From Macrostomum lignano (Eukaryota), in contig NIVC01001454.1 in NCBI GenBank assembly GCA_002269645.1, positions 58,842-122,841 on the forward strand: 64,000 nt of DNA. Reading direction: 5' to 3'. The number at the start of each line of letters is the position of its first letter. The first letter of the stretch is position 1. The notes below the pieces were generated by a model. It was given only the letters and a program-made list of their open reading frames with translations. It was not told where the DNA came from and made no database searches. A program made the position numbers and the translations under genes. Shown here piece by piece: positions 23,070-36,229 of this stretch.

Positions 23070-23486
23070 ATGAAGTTCCAACTCGCATTGCCAATTGTCG
23101 CTCTGGTGCTAATCTCCACTGCTCTAATCTGCTCGGCTGCTTGGATACGGCCGCGCTCGGCTGCTGCATACGGGCCGCGCTCGGCTGCTCCGTTAAGGGG
23201 GCCGCGCTCGGCTGCTCCGTTAAGGGGGCCGCGCTCGGCTGCTGCATACGGGCCGCGCTCGGCTGCTCCGTTAAGGGGGCCGCGCTCGGCTGATATGGAC
23301 GACGATTCTGAGCCTGATAACAACGTCGACTTTATTGGCGGAATCAACGCTGCTCTGGATGCCGCAGGCCTCGATGCCGACATCCAGACGGACGGCCAGA
23401 AGATCGTCTTCAACGCTTACAACAAACCGGTGGCCACAATGGACATTGCCACGGGAAATATCGAGCCGGCAGATGACAGCGACTAG
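23070..23486 (+). CDS. Secreted precursor B (138 aa): signal, five PR/S repeats, acidic C-terminal domain
   Basis: ATG at 23070 (in frame with track ORF 22917); signal MKFQLALPIVALVLISTALICSA; SAAAYGPR x2 and SAAPLRGPR x3; 16 D/E in the last 66 aa; TATTTAA at 22962; AATAAA at ~23625 and ~23652. Confidence 0.85.
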   Translation: MKFQLALPIVALVLISTALICSAAWIRPRSAAAYGPRSAAPLRGPRSAAPLRGPRSAAAYGPRSAAPLRGPRSADMDDDSEPDNNVDFIGGINAALDAAGLDADIQTDGQKIVFNAYNKPVATMDIATGNIEPADDSD

Positions 23487-23901
23487 AGAAAAAGATTGGC
23501 GCTAGTCTGACTGATTTTGATGGGAGGCTGCGCTTTGAAATGCAGATATGCTGATTGATTTAATGGACGCTTCGACGCTGAGCTAATGTTACCAACAATA
23601 GCAATAACACTGATTAGCTAATTAATAAAGAAGCTTATCGCCCACTGCTTAAATAAAATATAACGTGTCAATTTACTTGATTGCTGATTCTGCATTGCTA
23701 TTTTATCCAGTTGATTCTCAGCCGTCAAATTGCAACTGATAGCTTTTTTAAGCTTGCCTGATCTTAATCAGAACTTGTATTATTAACTGGCAGATTCAAT
23801 TAGCACACTTTGAGGGAATGCTTAGAAGTCAATAGAATCTCTTTAAATTGTCTGCATGTTGCTACTGAAGACTGTATTAAGTAGTATAAATTAAGCGCTA
23901 A

Positions 23902-24496
<595 letters not shown>

Positions 24497-26377
24497 AAGG
24501 AGCTGAAATCCTCATACTGCATACAACTTCAACAGCAGTGCGTCACAAAGTAAGAAATTGAAGATGCGCTCGTCAAACCAGTTGATAAAGCTGCAGTAAA
24601 AGTTTAAGCCGATGCAAAACGATCAGCAGCTCGTATATGCGGCTCGCAGATCTTGTCAGCGAATTTTTTACATTTCTGACAGATTGCTCCAGTTTTGCAT
24701 TGGAAACAATTTTTCCCATTATATTGTTTATTCTTTTCACACGAAGAAGTTTCTAAGCCAGATTAGACATTGCATGCTCCAATGGATATTGAAATGCACA
24801 CCTACAAGTTGGAAAATTTGCGTGAACTGGTTTGCGTCACAGCACAGATCTCAGTATACACGAATTCCTTATACATTTACAATGTCCACGATTTAAACTG
24901 CTTCGATTTCCAGGATCATCGAATCATTTGATGGTCTTACTTTTTGAGCCCATCAAACAATTCGATGGTTCTGAAATTAAAGCACTTTAAACCATAGACT
25001 ACGCGGTCCTGGCTTAGAATGAGCCCAATAACTATCAATAAATAAGCAATCGGAATTTACGTAGCAAATATGACGAATGCAAATGCAGAAAGGTATAGTA
25101 GCATATTGGACCATATACAAGGTTATTTTAGAACGCGTGTTAAATGTTACGTAATCGTAGAATTGAATGACAACAGTAATAACAAGCTGCTTTAACAATG
25201 AATAAAAATTACGTTAAAAAGAAGACATGTCTTTGCATCTTGTTCTTGATGAGTTAGTTGGTGTGTCACTTCAAGTAGAAGTTGAAGGTGTACAGTTGTT
25301 TGTGCGCCCTGACCAGCTTCTGGCAACGCTTCTCTCAACTTGACTGAAAATCATCGAGCGGGACGAGAAACAGACATCGCATCAGATTCACAATACAATG
25401 CATGGACTTTTGGCTATAGCGGGCAGAGAAATGCGTTTCTGCCATCCACTGAGACCCACTGAGGGGACAGAAGAAAGGCGAATTTTGGTACACTTTTGGT
25501 ACTTTGGAATCTTCGTAAGTCCTTTGTTCATCCACTAATCCATAATCATTAGATATTTATAACCAACAACAAATTAACCAACAAACAACAACAAAGCGCC
25601 ATGACAATAGTGGGTTTTTTCTGTCATAGACATCTAAGCACTCAAAACCGACTATATTGAGCAGCATTATAATCACTATAGTCGTCTTAATCTTGTATGT
25701 AGCGCCAAAAATTCTTGATTGTAGAAACAGAAATTGTAGATATTTGGAATGTTAGATTCTAGTTTTCAAATTGTAGCAGTCTCCTCAAAACCAGTTTCCG
25801 TAATAGTCCATTGATCCTTAATGGACAATTAAGTATCGCTTTTTCACGATCTAAATAGGAATTTGGACAATCAAAACAGCAAAAAAGCCATTCAAAACGG
25901 GAATTCACCCAATTTAATGTACATGTATTCTTTATATCTCTGGGCCACTGGAATGGTTAAAAGTGAGCAAAGTGTCTGCAGTCTGCTTGCTATTGGAAGA
26001 AAAATAAAAGTAAATCCTGTCGCTGCAGGCACCTGCCAAGTGCCTCTGACAGCTCAGCTGCCGATGGGCCGCCTTCTCGGCGGTGACCACCTGATCCGCT
26101 CCAGCAGCATGAAGCGCCATTCCTCCTGTGTCACCCCTTACAGACGTAATCCTCTATGGGCTGCTTATTCCTCTTTGCGTCCAGTGCCGTCAGAGATAGC
26201 AGCCTGCGCAACTTTCGCTAAACGTCGTCTCAGAAGACACGATGGCAAAACGACTAAATGGTGCTGTTGAACGCATCGCTATCAACCAAATGCGCTATGA
26301 AACCTCCGAAAGAAAAGGACCTAGTTTACGTGATCTCGTACATCTAGGTGAAATCTTTTTCTGCACGCTTTCAATAT

Positions 26378-27574
26378 CTATCGAAAAAAAGAATTTGGGA
26401 TTATTCGCTTATTCATCCCGATTGGTTGTTGGATGAAAAACGTATTCGCCTGGATAGAGAGAGTAAAAGCAAAAGAAACTGGCCACAATGGAATCAATAG
26501 AGCTGGCGAGAACCATTTGAAATCGGACAGGAACGTCTGCAAGAGTCGGACAATCGTACTTTTGTTCGTTGATGCAGCAACTTTCAGGATGTGAAATCTG
26601 GCAACAACAATGGCTATTTTACGAATTGAGAAAACGGCACACAAAGTATAAACAAAAATTTCCAGCACTGCAACTCCGCTGTCATTTTCCGAGTCACCGA
26701 TGCTGTGTAACAGATCGTTAAACTCGCAGCTGGTATTGCATTCCGTCCCGGATTTCACTTTGCGGTAAAATGTTGGCGCAGCGATAATTCCGATACCGCA
26801 CAGCAGCGCAATGCAAAACACGGCGTTTATCCACAGCAGCTTTTTGTTCCGCGACAGAGTCTCAGCCGACCAGCACGCGATGACGTCGGAGTCCCAGAAG
26901 CGCTTCATCGAGTCGTCCAGCGGCTCCGCGTCCCGCGTCATGTCGGTCAGCATCGTCAGCGGACTCGTGTCCCGCCTGTCGCCCCTCGGGAAGCTGTACT
27001 CGCTGAGGTCCACACAGCGCAGTCTCACTGCTCCTGCATCAATCAGGCTGCTGCAGTACCTGCTGCTGCAGTGCAGAATCCAGTGAGCCACTGAGAACTG
27101 CCGCCTGTTCACTGCCAGCTCCAGCGCATTCAGTCCCAGCGCTTCCTTGTCCAGCAGCTGGCACAGCTGCTCAGAGACCTGCTCATCGCTGCTGTGCAAC
27201 TGCTGCAGAAAGCTCACAGCCTGCTGTTGGAGAGACTCACAATTCACAATCCACAGCTTGACGATGAGGCAGTGGACTGGGCAGCAGTCAGCATCCTTCA
27301 TCACTTGCTGGCTTGTCGTCTCGAGCAGGTAGCGGAAGCAGTCGGGAGCCAGGCTGCAGCAGCTCAGCTCGATGAGAGACGTGTGCTGCGACAGGAGCTG
27401 GGCGAATGCGGCTCCGTCAGCGGAGCACGGGATGAAGTCGTGGGCGGCGTGAGGGAAGCTGAGCCGGTCAGATGCAGAGTCCCTGCTGCTCAGCAGCCTC
27501 TTCAGCGATGCCAAATCGTCTTTTTTCAAGATTTTTGAAATCCTGGAGTCACTGGAACCGGACTCTGGCGCCAT
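26378..27574 (-). pseudogene. Truncated duplicate of the TRPV-like gene (398-aa ORF: 379 aa shared, 19 aa novel, no pore)
   Basis: Matches the 580-aa protein up to SIQANTF, then reads across the duplication junction into FIQQPIGMNKRIIPNSFFR*. Confidence 0.85.
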
Positions 27575-28117
27575 TGTCTCTGCTGATGGAGTTCCGTCGG
27601 GTCAAATAGGAGTGGAGTATAGCCGTGGATTGGTGACAGACTAGTGCAGCTTCATCAATAAATAAGATGAGACACTGACTGACATCCGTAACTGTTAGAC
27701 CTCAGTATTGATTTTGTCTCCCAATGTAAACGAAAAATTAACGCAGAATTGTTTGACTTATCATTACAGTTTTTAGTAGCCATGCAGGTTTTCTATTTGC
27801 TGTGCAAGCACACTGCAATTAAACAGCTTGATCTGATAATGTAAATTTTAGTATTTCAGTGTGTGATTGACAGTCAATTAAAACCTTATTTACCCAAGGT
27901 TTGCGAGCAAACAAATGCAGACAGCTCAGGCTGGATGACCATAAAATCATTAGCAAATTAATTTTACTCAGAATGCTGCTTTATTGGATTTATCAGTTTG
28001 TCACTACATTAATCTGTAATTAATCATTTAATCTGTCTATGGCCAGAATGCATCGAAACACTTGCGAACTTACAACCGTGTATAAGAAAGGTATGAGAGA
28101 AAGACTACTGCTGATTA

Positions 28118-28419
28118 ATAATAAAAATAATTGATTACACCTGCCCCTATTGGGCCAGATGTGCAACCGACAGCTCAGCCGCAGCTATTGCGTGGTGCAT
28201 CTGAAGGCTGCGTACGGCTGTTCAGTCCAAGGACTGGGGGGGGGTCACCACACACCCTCAATTACCCCAGCTAATGCTGGTGCACATTTTACAGCTGGGT
28301 GAACTGAAGCAATGCAGAGTTAAGTGTCTTGCTTAAGGACACAAACTGTTCCGAGTTGGGATCGAGAAAGGAACCCCCGACCTTCAAGACGTAAGTCCGA
28401 CGCTCTAGCCACTGGGCTA
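28118..28419 (-). mobile_element. CORE-type SINE, duplicated copy
   Basis: Same element as 19,650-19,940, with a longer, interrupted B box (GGTTC-CTTTCT-CGATCCC). Confidence 0.75.
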
Positions 28420-29270
28420 AAACCCCTGGGTTACAGACTAGCCGATATTAATAGTCTATGGCCAAAGCTGTTGATCCTGTCTGACTTTAACGACTCGCCA
28501 GCAGCCATCGAAACCAGTCCATGGCTTTCACCCAAGAAAATGGACATTGCCATTGGAAGTATTGAGCTGGCAGATAGCGGATTTTTACTTAATATTTCTT
28601 GTTGCTAAGAAAGCTACACGATCTGACTTTTGATCTGAAGTTTCTTTCACAGATTTGACAAGATTTTGCGAAAAGTATTTCAAGTTGTCGCCTGATATAA
28701 CTTTTGGCGAACTTTTGGTCTGCCAATTTTTAAAACAAGCACAGGTTTTGCCTCGCATGCTGAATGGTAAAAATATAATAGCAACGAATAAGCTTGCTTC
28801 TGAAAAGTCACTGTGAAAATGGAATAATGTTTTAAATCATTCTGATAGTTTAAACTGCTTTATAGATTACCTTGAAAAATCACTATCTGTAAGGTAATCA
28901 ACTATCCCTGTAACGAAAATTACACTCGAAAATTCATGAAATTTAAAGTACTTTTTAAGCGACTTCAAATTCAGCAAATGAGTGATTTCATCTCAACTAA
29001 TTCAAAGCATAATATACTACTAAACTAATTTCAAACTTTATAGTAGTCAAATTAGCATTTTCGAGTACAATAATGACACGTGTAGACGCAGAAACGCGTA
29101 CTGCACGGTTCAGAATATTAATTTGATGGGGAATCTGGGTCAGGCCCAATGACAGCTTTTTCCTCTGTGAAAGCTGCTATAAAAACTGCGGAGAACTGCA
29201 TGTGCTCACAGTTAGAAATATAAACCTTAACCACTGACAAGAACTCCGCCGCATCGCCACAGAACATATC

Positions 29271-29558
29271 ATGCCTGTCTACTCACGAAAGACCGCCATT
29301 GTATCGCGCGTTGTCATGGTAGCGGCATTCATTAGTTGCCTGTTTGTCCTAATTGCAACAACACAAACGGCGGAAGCTGCCATTGTCCGAGCAACCGAAG
29401 ACTCCTATGCCGACCTCTTGGACGCCGGCGCTGGAGGATTCGATTTGAGAAGCAAACGCGGTCCCGAACTTATGATGCTGCGCTTGATGCAGTGCCGCTG
29501 GTACCGCAGTCACAACTGGGTTGCCCCTAAAGAAATGCACTGCTCTAAGCTTATCTAA
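29271..29558 (+). CDS. Secreted prepropeptide A, second copy (identical protein)
   Basis: Same 95-aa translation as 20783-21070. Confidence 0.85.
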   Translation: MPVYSRKTAIVSRVVMVAAFISCLFVLIATTQTAEAAIVRATEDSYADLLDAGAGGFDLRSKRGPELMMLRLMQCRWYRSHNWVAPKEMHCSKLI

Positions 29559-29772
29559 CTGAATCTAATTGTGGAACTCATGGCTTGTGAAACCGATTCT
29601 AAAATCGTGCGTTAATTTCTGGCGATCTATGATTAGCAAATAAATCGAGAAAAATAAAAACTAATAAACCCGACATCAAATAGTTCAGAAAATAGTGAAT
29701 TATAACTGAGAAATGTTTTTTGTGACTTTGTTTCTTATCATTCATATATTATATCTTAGCGAGTGGGTTCAC

Positions 29773-30796
29773 GAGTGATTTAATGAATGAGTTCATTAGT
29801 GTTTTCATGAGTGAGTTCATGAGTGATTTAATGAATGAGTTCATGAGTGATTTAATGAATGGGTTCATGAGAGATTTAATGAATGGGTTCATGAGTGATT
29901 TCATGAGTGAGTTCATGAGTGATTTAATGAGTGACTTCATGAGTGATTTTATGAGTGAGTTCATGAGTGATTTAATGAATGAGTTCATGAGTGATTTCAT
30001 GAATGGGTTCATGAGAGATTTAATGAATGGGTTCATGAGTGATTTCATGAGTGAGTTCATGAGTGATTTAATGAGTGAGTTCATGAGTGAGTTCATGAGT
30101 GAGTTCATGAGTGATTTAATGAATGAGTTCATGAGAGATTTAATGAATGGGTTCATAAGTGATTTCATGAGTGAGTTCATGAGTGAGTTCATGAGAGATT
30201 TAATGAATGGGTTCATAAGTGATTTCATGAGTGAGTTCATGAGTGAGTTCATGAGAGATTTATTGAATGAGTTCATGAGTGATTTAATGAATGGGTTCAT
30301 AAGTGATTTCATGAGTGAGTTCATGAGTGAGTTCATGAGAGATTTAATGAATGAGTTCATGAGAGATTTAATGAATGGGTTCATAAGTGATTTCATGAGT
30401 GAGTTCATGAGAGATTTAATGAATGAGTTCATAAGTGATTTAATGAATGAGTTCATGAGTGATTTAATGAATGAGTTCATAAGTGGTTTAATGAATGAGT
30501 TCATGAGAGATTTAATGAATGGGTTCATAAGTGATTTCATGAGTGAGTTCATGAGTGAGTTCATGAGTGATTTAATGAGTGAGTTCATGAGTGAGTTCAT
30601 GAGTGAGTTCATGAGTGATTTAATGAATGAGTTCATGAGAGATTTAATGAATGGGTTCATAAGTGATTTCATGAGTGAGTTCATGAGTGAGTTCATGAGT
30701 GATTTAATGAATGAGTTCATGAGTGATTTAATGAGTGAGTTCATGAGTGAGTTGATAAGTGACTTAATGAATAAGTTCATGAATTAGTTTATGAGT
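29773..30796. repeat. 12-bp satellite, copy 2 (~108 bp longer than copy 1)
   Basis: Track ORF lengths are 334 versus 298 aa, a difference of nine 12-bp units. Confidence 0.95.
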
Positions 30797-31665
30797 GAGT
30801 TGATTAGTGAGTGAGTTGATGAGTGATTTAATGAATGAGTGAGTGAGTGAGTGAGTCCATGAATGCGTTGATGACTGATTGAGTTCATGCGATAGATAGA
30901 TGCGATAGAACATGACACTAAAGCTGAGTGACTGCATGACTGGGCGCGATCGCGTGGGCGAGCACATGGTATTTAGGATGATTGCTAAAATGGAGAATTA
31001 ATTTTTCTGGGTCCTTTGAACTAGAATGGACTGACACAAGTGCATATGCGAGCCTACAAGTGCATAGAAACTGAAGCTTGGCGATGAGCAATGAAGCAAA
31101 TATAACACGTGACAATTTTTCTGACACTTGAATGAAAGGTCAGGCATATGCGATTGCTGTCTCATCCAATTTTTTCTGTACCTGTCGTCAAACAGTTTGA
31201 TCTTCAGTCAATCAATCAACTGCTCTGAAAATAGACCCTCGATCCTACAGTTTTATGATTATTAACAATTGATAACTTGTCAAAGCTGCGCTAGCGAAGT
31301 CTCTAGAATGACAGAAATGGACTTTTATAATGATGAAATGAAACCTCAGTTTAGCAGCGAAGCCTAAAGAATCGAAAAAGTACATTAAGTTTTTAATTCA
31401 ATCGCATACAAATGAGAGAGAGATAGAAGGACTAAACGACTGCTGCTGACTAGCCGATATGAATAGTCTATGGCCAAAGCTATTGATTCTGTCTGACTTT
31501 ACCGACTAGTCCATGGCTTTCACCCCAGAGCGGTACAGTGCCGCTCGATGGCTCCACTATTTAAGCGAGCATCCAAGAGCGCTAAAAAGACAAAACCAAC
31601 CAGTTAACTCCAAACACCTTTCATTATTCAACAAACAGACCGAGTATTACAGCATAGCAAGCATT

Positions 31666-32082
31666 ATGAAGTTCCAACTCGCATTGCCAATTGTCGCTCT
31701 GGTGCTAATCTCCACTGCTCTAATCTGCTCGGCTGCTTGGATACGGCCGCGCTCGGCTGCTGCATACGGGCCGCGCTCGGCTGCTCCGTTAAGGGGGCCG
31801 CGCTCGGCTGCTCCGTTAAGGGGGCCGCGCTCGGCTGCTGCATACGGGCCGCGCTCGGCTGCTCCGTTAAGGGGGCCGCGCTCGGCTGATATGGACGACG
31901 ATTCTGAGCCTGATAACAACGTCGACTTTATTGGCGGAATCAACGCTGCTCTGGATGCCGCAGGCCTCGATGCCGACATCCAGACGGACGGCCAGAAGAT
32001 CGTCTTCAACGCTTACAACAAACCGGTGGCCACAATGGACATTGCCACGGGAAATATCGAGCCGGCAGATGACAGCGACTAG
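31666..32082 (+). CDS. Secreted precursor B, second copy (identical protein)
   Basis: Same 138-aa translation as 23070-23486. Confidence 0.85.
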   Translation: MKFQLALPIVALVLISTALICSAAWIRPRSAAAYGPRSAAPLRGPRSAAPLRGPRSAAAYGPRSAAPLRGPRSADMDDDSEPDNNVDFIGGINAALDAAGLDADIQTDGQKIVFNAYNKPVATMDIATGNIEPADDSD

Positions 32083-32498
32083 AGAAAAAGATTGGCGCTA
32101 GTCTGACTGATTTTGATGGGAGGCTGCGCTTTGAAATGCAGATATGCTGATTGATTTAATGGACGCTTCGACGCTGAGCTAATGTTACCAACAATAGCAA
32201 TAACACTGATTAGCTAATTAATAAAGAAGCTTATCGCCCACTGCTTAAATAAAATATAACGTGTCAATTTACTTGATTGCTGATTCTGCATTGCTATTTT
32301 ATCCAGTTGATTCTCAGCCGTCAAATTGCAACTGATAGCTTTTTTAAGCTTGCCTGATCTTAATCAGAACTTGTATTATTAACTGGCAGATTCAATTAGC
32401 ACACTTTGAGGGAATGCTTAGAAGTCAATAGAATCTCTTTAAATTGTCTGCATGTTGCTACTGAAGACTGTATTAAGTAGTATAAATTAAGCGCTAAA

Positions 32499-32979
<481 letters not shown>

Positions 32980-35014
32980 AAGGAGCTGAAATCCTCATAC
33001 TGCATACAACTTCAACAGCAGTGCGTCACAAAGTAAGAAATTGAAGATGCGCTCGTCAAACCAGTTGATAAAGCTGCAGTAAAAGTTTAAGCCGATGCAA
33101 AACGATCAGCAGCTCGTATATGCGGCTCGCAGATCTTGTCAGCGAATTTTTTACATTTCTGACAGATTGCTCCAGTTTTGCATTGGAAACAATTTTTCCC
33201 ATTATATTGTTTATTCTTTTCACACGAAGAAGTTTCTAAGCCAGATTAGACATTGCATGCTCCAATGGATATTGAAATGCACACCTACAAGTTGGAAAAT
33301 TTGCGTGAACTGGTTTGCGTCACAGCACAGATCTCAGTATACACGAATTCCTTATACATTTACAATGTCCACGATTTAAACTGCTTCGATTTCCAGGATC
33401 ATCGAATCATTTGATGGTCTTACTTTTTGAGCCCATCAAACAATTCGATGGTTCTGAAATTAAAGCACTTTAAACCATAGACTACGCGGTCCTGGCTTAG
33501 AATGAGCCCAATAACTATCAATAAATAAGCAATCGGAATTTACGTAGCAAATATGACGAATGCAAATGCAGAAAGGTATAGTAGCATATTGGACCATATA
33601 CAAGGTTATTTTAGAACGCGTGTTAAATGTTACGTAATCGTAGAATTGAATGACAACAGTAATAACAAGCTGCTTTAACAATGAATAAAAATTACGTTAA
33701 AAAGAAGACATGTCTTTGCATCTTGTTCTTGATGAGTTAGTTGGTGTGTCACTTCAAGTAGAAGTTGAAGGTGTACAGTTGTTTGTGCGCCCTGGCCAGC
33801 TTCTGGCAACGCTTCTCTCAACTTGACTGAAAATCATCGAGCGGGACGAGAAACAGACATCGCATCAGATTCACAATACAATGCATGGACTTTTGGCTAT
33901 AGCGGGCAGAGAAATGCGTTTCTGCCATCCACTGAGACCCACTGAGGGGACAGAAGAAAGGCGAATTTTGGTACACTTTTGGTACTTTGGAATCTTCGTA
34001 AGTCCTTTGTTCATCCACTAATCCATAATCATTAGATATTTATAACCAACAACAAATTAACCAACAAACAACAACAAAGCGCCATGACAATAGTGGGTTT
34101 TTTCTGTCATAGACATCTAAGCACTCAAAACCGACTATATTGAGCAGCATTATAATCACTATAGTCGTCTTAATCTTGTATGTAGCGCCAAAAATTCTTG
34201 ATTGTAGAAACAGAAATTGTAGATATTTGGAATGTTAGATTCTAGTTTTCAAATTGTAGCAGTCTCCTCAAAACCAGTTTCCGTAATAGTCCATTGATCC
34301 TTAATGGACAATTAAGTATCGCTTTTTCACGATCTAAATAGGAATTTGGACAATCAAAACAGCAAAAAAGCCATTCAAAACGGGAATTCACCCAATTTAA
34401 TGTACATGTATTCTTTATATCTCTGGGCCACTGGAATGGTTAAAAGTGAGCAAAGTGTCTGCAGTCTGCTTGCTATTGGAAGAAAAATAAAAGTAAATCC
34501 TGTCGCTGCAGGCACCTGCCAAGTGCCTCTGACAGCTCAGCTGCCGATGGGCCGCCTTCTCGGCGGTGACCACCTGATCCGCTCCAGCAGCATGAAGCGC
34601 CATTCCTCCTGTGTCACCCCTTACAGACGTAATCCTCTATGGGCTGCTTATTCCTCTTTGCGTCCAGTGCCGTCAGAGATAGCAGCCTGCGCAACTTTCG
34701 CTAAACGTCGTCTCAGAAGACACGATGGCAAAACGACTAAATGGTGCTGTTGAACGCATCGCTATTAACCAAATGCGCTATGAAAGAAAAGGACCTAGTT
34801 TACGTGATCTCGTACATCTAGGTGAAATCTTTTTCTGCACGCTTTCAATATCTATCGAAAAAAAGTATTTGGGATTATTCGCTTATTCATCCCGATTGGT
34901 TGTTGGATGAAAAAAATTAGTTGGGGTGTATTGAGCATTTCAGCCACTATATACAAAGGCAAAATACGAGTATCTAGATTTCATTTCTCCTCTTAATTTT
35001 CCACGAGAAGACAA

Positions 35015-35275
35015 ATGGCAACAATTATGGCGAAAAGCAACGCGATCGATTCGAAATTTCTCCTACTAGCATCGGCCATCGTACTCTGCTGCGGTGCGAT
35101 CCCCAACCAAGGGCCTAGTGAGGACAGCTACTCAAACTACGTAGAAGAGTCTGTGGATTTTCAGGCGCCGGCTAAACGCGGACCGGAGAACATGTTAATG
35201 CGCAAGTTTATCTGCGATTACTACAGGCATCACAACTGGAAACCGCCTGCCTATCTGAAGTGTCACCAAATGTGA
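35015..35275 (+). CDS. Secreted prepropeptide C (86 aa), paralogue of A
   Basis: Signal KFLLLASAIVLCCGA; pro-region with EDSY; KR at residues 54-55; mature GPENMLMRKFICDYYRHHNWKPPAYLKCHQM is 13/31 identical to A with both Cys aligned; TATACAAA at ~34,949; AATAAA at 35,357. Confidence 0.85.
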   Translation: MATIMAKSNAIDSKFLLLASAIVLCCGAIPNQGPSEDSYSNYVEESVDFQAPAKRGPENMLMRKFICDYYRHHNWKPPAYLKCHQM

Positions 35276-36229
35276 GGTGGCGGCGATGACTGCCGCGATA
35301 AAAGCCCGTTAAACACTGTAGTTATTGGGCGATAATGAGCACAACACTGCTACATAAATAAATTCAAACCAGAAATTTCGATCTAACAAGTCTCAAAATA
35401 TTTTCGATCTGCTTCCGTTCTTGCTTTTTTTATAGCCTAGTGGCGAAAACTGAAACTGAATGACCTAATTCATCACAATATCGAAGGTACACGCGCTTGA
35501 CTTCTGTTGAACATTTGTATACGCCCTGATCTTCAGTCTATGATGCTATATTATACATGCCGAAAGAAAATATTGTATCTGAGACAAAATTGGCTTTAAT
35601 TTGTCAACACAAGCGAACATTTTTTTAACGCGCGTATATCGATGCTGATTGATTTGCTTGCTTTCGCTATAAAGTTGAATGCACGCTTTAACCAATTTGG
35701 AAGGCCTAATTACGTTGTTTAAAGTTGAAATCTCCTCTGGAGAAAATGCAGAAACGACCGCGTCTTCTCAAAACCAGTTTCCGTAGTGATGCCTCTACCA
35801 GATCCACTACGTCAACCAGATTGTTTACTACGAGTATTAAGGACTACTAGCTGTCTTGAGTTTTACTTTAATTTACTTTGCGCCCCTTCATGAAGCCTAT
35901 GCAATGGACAGATCCATTACATGACGTTTGGACGGTCCCAAATCAGCACATTTGAACAGATTTTACCTCGATGCCAAGATTGAGTGCATAGACTAGCAAT
36001 GCATTGGTTAATTTGCATAGCCATAGCCATATCTATGTTTATATGATAAAATATATTATTGTCCATGGTCCAATTACGCTTGCACAACTGTGGAAAGAAT
36101 TAATTAATTGTGCACCCGATTTCTTAACTTAGGACCACATTTGGACCATAGACAATGAGAAGCAAATCTTCTTTTAAAAAGAATCACCATACAAAACATA
36201 ACAGTTGCGTCATGTCAACCATAAAAGAA

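Noticed and set aside
25260-25535. Minus-strand ORF continuing past TGA into EKRCQKLVRAHKQLYTFNFYLK, suggesting a dead precursor or selenocysteine read-through
   Set aside because: No hydrophobic signal, no family similarity and no SECIS evidence.
25863-26270. 135-aa ORF with KR and Cys (…MKRHSSCVTPYRRNPLW…KWCC), duplicated at 34,346-34,753, as a fourth peptide-family member
   Set aside because: No signal peptide, non-ATG start in the track and no match to the GPE…HNW consensus. The opposite-strand EEWRFMLLER stretch is bounded by stops and too short to call a TRP remnant.
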